DNA of 64,000 nucleotides from the NCBI GenBank assembly GCA_965202585.1, contig OZ241830.1, forward strand, positions 6,696,001 through 6,760,000. The letters run 5' to 3'. The translations under genes were made by a program, and so were the position numbers. Numbering within the stretch: position 1 is the first letter of the stretch; each line of letters starts with the position of its first letter. Positions 51,822-64,000 of this stretch are shown here, piece after piece. The notes below the pieces were generated by a model. That model ran no database searches. It was not told the DNA's origin and saw only the letters and a program-made list of their open reading frames with translations. Source of the DNA: Thalia democratica (taxonomy: Eukaryota).

Positions 51822-53231
51822 CACTAGACCAAAACCTTGGACCCAAATACCTAAAGGATTTTAGGCCAAGTCTTGTTCTAGGTCTTTCAGTTATGAAATT
51901 TAATTTTTTAGAAAACCTTATTTAGTGTGAGTGAAGAGAACTAACAAGAGTAAAACTTTTATGCTCAACATCAAATCCAGTCCATAATATTCTGAATCAA
52001 TTTGCAATTTAAACAAGTCATTTAATTTCAGCAGACTAGTTTTCACAAACTTTGGAAATATTGCCTTAAACAACTTAAATATTTTAATTTAAGTTTTTAG
52101 AGTGCTTGGTAACCAAAAAGTATACTTCAATACCCTTTAAACATACTTAATTATAACTAACTTTTTTCATTCTTATTTTAAATTGTTTTTATGTTCAAAA
52201 AACTACTATGAAAAAAATCCACATCAATCCACTGACCATAATTTTTTGATAAAAAATTATATTAAAATAATTAGAACTAAAATTTGAATGTGGCCTGCTG
52301 CGGCAGTTTGCCCACTTGGATTATAAGTTTTATGGTTAAATAAGTTTTGCAATACTTACTAAAAATTTTATGTATTTATAAAAATACTATGTTAGTCCTT
52401 TTTACATACCTTTGATAGAAGAACATTTCTGGTTGAAAACAAAAACCATACTTTTGTAAAATCTCAGCTCATAAAGTTTGAAAATTTGTATGTATATTAT
52501 TAAGGACCTTTATGTTATAGTATTTAAATTGCAAGTCAATCAAGATGTCAAAACTTAATAAGAGTAATCCACAACTAAAATTTTATTGTTAAATTGATTT
52601 AAAATTAAACAGAAAATAATTTTTCAATGCTATATATGTAAATTTTCATACTACATTGTAGTAACTTTGGAAATATAAAGGCCATAGAGGGGTGCATATT
52701 TTTTAAAATAAACAGTAGACATAATAGGAAAATTATTATTAAATACTATAAGATACTTTTCAAAAAACAGAAAAATATTTTATAACTATTTAGATATTGT
52801 GTTTCCAATACAAACATATAAAGGAGAAATTAGAAACTGCTGATTTTCTTGGAATTTTTAATACCACTAAAAATCTGTCTTTTCCTTCATTTTTGGGTCA
52901 ATGAATCTCAAATTTTTAGGAAATTTTCTTTACATTGATAAAAATAATTGATATTAAAAAAAAAATAAGAATAATTTTTTGACCAACAAAAATAAATTAT
53001 AATTGATAAAAGAATATTTTTGCTCAAAAAAAATCCTACTATAGAAATGTTTTTTGTTTCGTTAAGATTTAACTGAGAAAGTTTAACAACAATTGCTTAA
53101 AAACTAAAGTAAGAGATATATTTTTATTTATAGTTTATGTAACATAATAGTCCTCAGCAGTAATTATACGAAATTTCATAACTACTATTTCTGCAATAAC
53201 TTTAAAAATAATGAGCCCATTAATCAGAACT

Positions 53232-53285
53232 GAACTCTAATTTAACTCTCATAAGAACTCTAATTTAACTCTCATAAGAACTCTC
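53232..53285. repeat. 23-bp exact tandem repeat (2.3 copies)
   Basis: Unit gaactctaatttaactctcataa starts at 53232 and 53255, with a partial copy at 53278. Confidence 0.85.
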
Positions 53286-54858
53286 TTAGCTAAATTAAGT
53301 GTAGACATTGTGGCTTAGAAATCTTATTGAAAGTATAGACTAGTTTGAAAGTATTATAACAACTAATAAAGTTTAAAAGGATATGTGTAAATAGTATTAG
53401 CTATTTTTTTAACATGTAAAATTTTACCATTTATTATTCCAGTTCCATTTAAATAGCTGAGTTAACATCTTAAAGAATTAAAGCATTAAATTAAAAGTAA
53501 AACAAATCTGAGTGATACAATATGTAAAATTTAGTTCATAAAATACCTTAATGATTGTTTGAAGTTACATAGTTTTCTATCCTGATGTCATAATTACTGT
53601 TTAGATTAAAATAAAATTAAAAAGTTGCTAAAAATATTTTTAATAGTACACATACACCCAAATGTGCAATAACTTTACTTTTCCTCTAACCAATAAAGTT
53701 AACTATTAAATATTAACTAATTAGTTTTAGTTTGCAAAAATATAGTGAACATCTTATTAATTAATTATTAAATTTTGTGTTTCCTTGAAATTCTTTCCCA
53801 ATATTTTTGCCAATAAACTCAGGCAACCTTGTAAGGTGGTTTTGCAATGAGCAAATATTATGTCACAACATTTAAAACTTCTCCATACAAAATAAAAATT
53901 TATTGATTAGCCACAAAACAAACAAAATTGAAAAAAAAATATATTGAAAGACAAATATTTGCTTTAAGTTACAACATATGTAGTTTTTGATAATTTAAAT
54001 TTTTATTCAACTGAATTCTAATGCAACAAATTCAATGATGCCAAGTTCAATTTTAATAGTATACAAAATTGTTTATTCAGTTTTTAAAAACAAAAAAATA
54101 CTAAATTCTCATGTACAACTTATTATTATGTATTGACTGTTTGAATAAAATTAAAGTAATTTTTTTTTGAAATTGTTAGAGGTAATTCAGACAAATAATT
54201 TTCACAACAAATCTCTTTTTTTTGTGAGTTGACAACCTATACTAACAAAATATTTAAGTAAAGTTTTCTGTTTATGTATGCATATTCAAATATTGTAGAA
54301 AATAGGAGTTTTACAAAAAATGTTTAAGTTTTCATAAATTTTTGACTCTAATAAATACTTGGTTATGCATCTTATATATATTTTTAAATTTTTTCATTTA
54401 ACTTACTAAATCAATTTCTAAACAAAGGCAATCAGGAATTTTACTTTATTTTTTAAATTGGTCCTAGCAAGGTCTTTAGCCAAAATACCTGGTATCCTGT
54501 AATTTGATAAATTTTGAAAAAAATCTGTATTTTGAAAAAAAATCAGTAAAAAACCTTGAGATTTAAAGAAAATTTACATGTAAATGAATTTAGATTACAT
54601 ACACATAAATTTATCTTACAAAAAAAACTATCATTTAATTTCATTATCAAAAACACATTTAAACTAGCTTTTCAGTATGTTTAGAAATTGTTTAAGAATC
54701 TGTTGTTGTTATACTCTTCAAGACAGTACTTTACCCTAAATTTAATGTTTTTTTAAATAAACCAAAAAAATTTTCTTTAAAAAACCTAGATAAAGTTTAG
54801 AAAACTTAAAAAAGCATTTGAAAAATACTTTTGTCAACCATGTCTTGTATTTTTATAT

Positions 54859-55110
54859 GACCCACCTAATACTTTTTTGTAGCTAAACAAAATTTAGATA
54901 GTGTTGAAATATAAGATATTAAAGTTAGTAAATTTCATAGTTTTTGTATATAAGGTGCAAACAAAGAAAATAATATTTAATCTGTTTCATTTTTAACCTT
55001 TTTTTTGATCCACCTAATACTTTTTCTAAACAAAAATAAATTAGATAGTTTTGAAATATAAGAAGCAAAGGTGGTAAGTTTCATAGTTTTTGCAAAGTCA
55101 AAAAATGATA
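54859..55110. repeat. ~148-bp tandem duplication (second copy partial)
   Basis: ccacctaatactttttt...ttagatag..ttgaaatataaga...tttcatagtttttg occurs twice. Confidence 0.75.
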
Positions 55111-55127
55111 TTTAATTAACTAGCTAT

Positions 55128-55668
55128 CAGGGTTTGTGCGAATCAGGCTAAATCAGTTTTTTATTTAAAAATTTGAGAATCTCAGTTTTTATCAGCTCAA
55201 TTGCAAAAAATTCTTAATAAAAAATTAAGAATTTTTTTAAAGATCAAATTGAGATTTGAATTTATTTTTAGATATAAATTTAGCTATTAAAGACAAAATT
55301 AGTCAGTACATATTTCTTAAAATAAATGCTTGAAACTTTTTGAGTTTCTAATAGAAATTTGAGTATTTTTTATCTTGTTTTGAGTAGATTATATACATCA
55401 TAATTATTTAAGTTTATTAAGAATTATACAGTTTAAACATTACAGTTGGGGTGCACAACAATTCAAATTCCGACTATTTAAATTCTGATTTTTAAAGCAA
55501 AACTCAAATATATATTTTTAAATTTATTTTTTGTCATTATGATTTTAATAATGAGACCTATGTGTGCAATTTTTATTTTTTTCAACTCAAAATGCGTATT
55601 TATTGAGAAGTGCGTACTCAAAACAAATACATCAGGCTAAATTTCTAAAAATTTGCGAACAAACCCTG
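55128..55668. mobile_element. Putative MITE (~540 bp) with CAGGGTTTGT termini
   Basis: cagggtttgtgcgaa ... ttgcgaacaaaccctg; atcaggctaaat is repeated near both ends; no TSD recognised. Confidence 0.5.
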
Positions 55669-56388
55669 ATCTATCTTCTTAAATTCTTAACCTCTTTTTC
55701 AAGCTATAACAGTTTCATCTTTAATAAATACTTATTAATTAAACTCTGGAAAAAATTACTTAATTTACTTTATTCTTTTCAGTGTTATTGATTTGTTTTT
55801 GATAACCATTGTCACAAAAAATATTTTTTAAATTGAGTATGTTAAAGTTTTGAAACTTGTAGAGTTAATTTTGAAAATAGAATTCTTACTGAGCAAACAA
55901 GTCAGTAGATAGACTTTTAAATGATCTTTTAAATTTCTAAAAAGAAGGCAAACTTGTACAAAAGTGTTTACTAAAGTGACAATGTTTATCTAAAATATTT
56001 AATGAAAATTTTATAGTTATGACAATAGTTTATACTTTGAACTTTCATATATAAGCATACATAGCTTTATATAAGAAACCTTAAAAACAAAGAGGTAAAA
56101 AATTGGTTGATTAAAATATAAAAATTTGTAAAAGATTAAAAATATTTATTGACTTTTATATTTCCATATTTTACAAAAGTAGCTTGGTACAAATGTTATT
56201 TATTTTGAAATTGATTTAAACAACTATATCCGGTATTGTATATAGAACAATTAATTTGCTAGTCAAACCAGTTTTAAATTATATGATATTTGTAATTGTT
56301 ACAAACACACTTAGCTGACTAAAAGTTTAAAAAAAGTTGTAAGTACTTCTTAAGTAAGGAAAACAGAAAAATTTAAATTGATATTTAA

Positions 56389-57081
56389 GGGCATAGGGGG
56401 GGGGGTAAACACCCTTTTTTGGTTTTTGATCTTATTTTATATAGTTTTTACTAAGCTACAAGATGCTTTTTACAGATTTTAAAAATTCAAAATAATTTTT
56501 TAGATATAGCCGGTCAAAGTTGGAGGCTACAATAGGATCCTTATGGGAGGCGCAAACTAAAACGGCAAATAACTAGAAATCACTAAAAATCTATCTCCTC
56601 CTACGTTTTTTGAGCTAACTACCTCAAATTTTCAGGAAATGTTCCTTGCAATATTTAGAAAATTCTGTCGGAACAGAATTTTAAAAAAATTAAAAAATAA
56701 AAATTTTATAATAAAAAAACTAAAAAAAAACTGTTTTTTTTGTTTATTTTTTTTTTTAAATTTTTATTTTTCAATTTTTTAAAAATTCCTTCTGACAGAA
56801 TTTTCTAAATATATCAAGGAACGTTTCCTGAAAGTTTGAGGTAGTTATCTCAAAAAACGTAGGAGAAGATAGATTTTTAGTGAAATAGTCTATTTTTGCT
56901 GTTTTAGTTTGCGCCTCCCATAAGAAACCTATTGTTGCCTCCGACTTTGACCGGCTATATCTCAAAAATTATTTTGAATTTTTAAAATCTGTAAAAAGCA
57001 TCTTGTAACTTAGTAAAAACTATATAAAATAAGATCAAAAACCAAAAAAGGGTGTTTACCCCCCCCCCCCCCCCTATGCCC
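56389..57081. mobile_element. Non-autonomous foldback DNA element, near-perfect ~690-bp palindrome with TTAA target-site duplication (Kolobok-like termini)
   Basis: Left arm gggcatagggggggggggtaaacacccttttttggtttttgatc... is the reverse complement of the right arm ...gatcaaaaaccaaaaaagggtgtttaccccccccccccccctatgccc. Pairing continues ~330 bp inward to an A-rich/T-rich centre. TTAA lies at 56385-56388 and 57082-57085. No ORF. Confidence 0.9.
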
Positions 57082-57555
57082 TTAATTGTAACTAGGCAAT
57101 ACGACTATTTATAATATATTATTACAAAGGTTTAAAACAGTCTTATGACTACAATTTGCAAAAGCTTACATAGTTTACAAATGGATAGAAAAACATATAA
57201 GTAGAGCACATTAGCTGTAAATTGATGTATGATATTTTTTACACCTCAAATTTAATCTAATATTAAGAAATGACAAAAAGAGTTGTGTTTTAAAAGCCAT
57301 AAAATAAGATAAGTAAATCTGAAACAACTTTTCTAAAAACTTGTGCCCACTTTGTTGATAAAATAATATCAAACATGTCATAATACAAAACATATATTTT
57401 TTAGGAATTATTTTGTAGGAAACTTCATGTCTCATAATTTTAATAAATAAAATAAAGTTTAAGTGTATATATATATACAATATTTTTTGTTAAGTAGTGT
57501 ATAGCTTTTTTATCCAAACTATTTTATATAGAATCATACTAAATAAACTATCAGC

Positions 57556-63331
<5,776 letters not shown>

Positions 63332-64000
63332 ATTAACAAATATATAATGGTGTAGTTTGGTTATAAAGCTGTTGATGGTTTAAAAAATTAATTATTAAAA
63401 AGTACTTGAATTATACTTAATTTTATTGCTCCAATTAAATTTTTTAACAATTTTAATATTGTATAAAAAGTTTTGAAGCAATAAATTTTACTACTTTCTT
63501 AATAAAAGTTGTTTAAGCTTAAATATTTTAATATTTTTAACACTTACGTTTTATCAAGTACTATGAACAACTGTACATTAAATAAAAGCATCACAGCTTA
63601 TATTTTTAAACCAATCAACATCAGTATATTGTACATTACTGAACTATTCACTTTATATACAGAGATTTACACAATACTATGACTTCTAAGTTAGTTTCAA
63701 CTTAATTAAAACACCTTTATATTACTTCTCCTTAAACTGAAGCAAAAATGTTTAATTTATTTATTCACCCACAATAACACCCCTAATCAAAACAAAATCC
63801 CCTTCTTTTCAAAGTTAAAAATACGTAGGAAATTTTTCAGGGTCGTTTTAGAAGCACTTTTTTTTATTGGTTATTTTACCGCTTAGGGTTTGAAATTGTA
63901 GCTGTCGTGTTGTTCTGTTGTATCGAACTAATAAACTTATTAAATTAAAAACAAAAAAAAAATATGTAATAATTTTATGGAAGACTATATATGTATAGTA

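Overview
This is AT-rich, intron-containing animal DNA. It is most likely from an invertebrate chordate (tunicate-like), inferred from the short chordate-type coil 1B of the intermediate filament (IF) rod. I assembled four protein genes by hand, with splice phases consistent at every junction: a GOLGA4/golgin-245-like gene (minus strand, ATG 16071, running off the left edge), an intronless SNRPC/U1-C gene (minus), IDH3A (plus, 7 exons, complete), and one 11-exon minus-strand gene (44581-26519). That last gene is the main result. It joins a cytoplasmic IF rod, with the classic 61/96/~165/126/221-nt exon series, to the 3535-aa ORF, predicting a ~4,082-aa giant IF protein. Its ~3,700-aa tail has 17 alternating acidic-Ser and Arg/Lys/Trp-rich modules plus a ~690-aa TTEQ spacer. 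Other elements are a decayed Penelope-type minimal hammerhead ribozyme inside a hairpin in intron 1 of the IF gene, a ~690-bp TTAA-flanked foldback element upstream of IDH3A, several hAT-like MITEs, and a tRNA-iMet pseudogene. The golgin gene also holds duplication-born micro-exon candidates and a tandem array of splice donors. All counts were made by eye; no searches were run.
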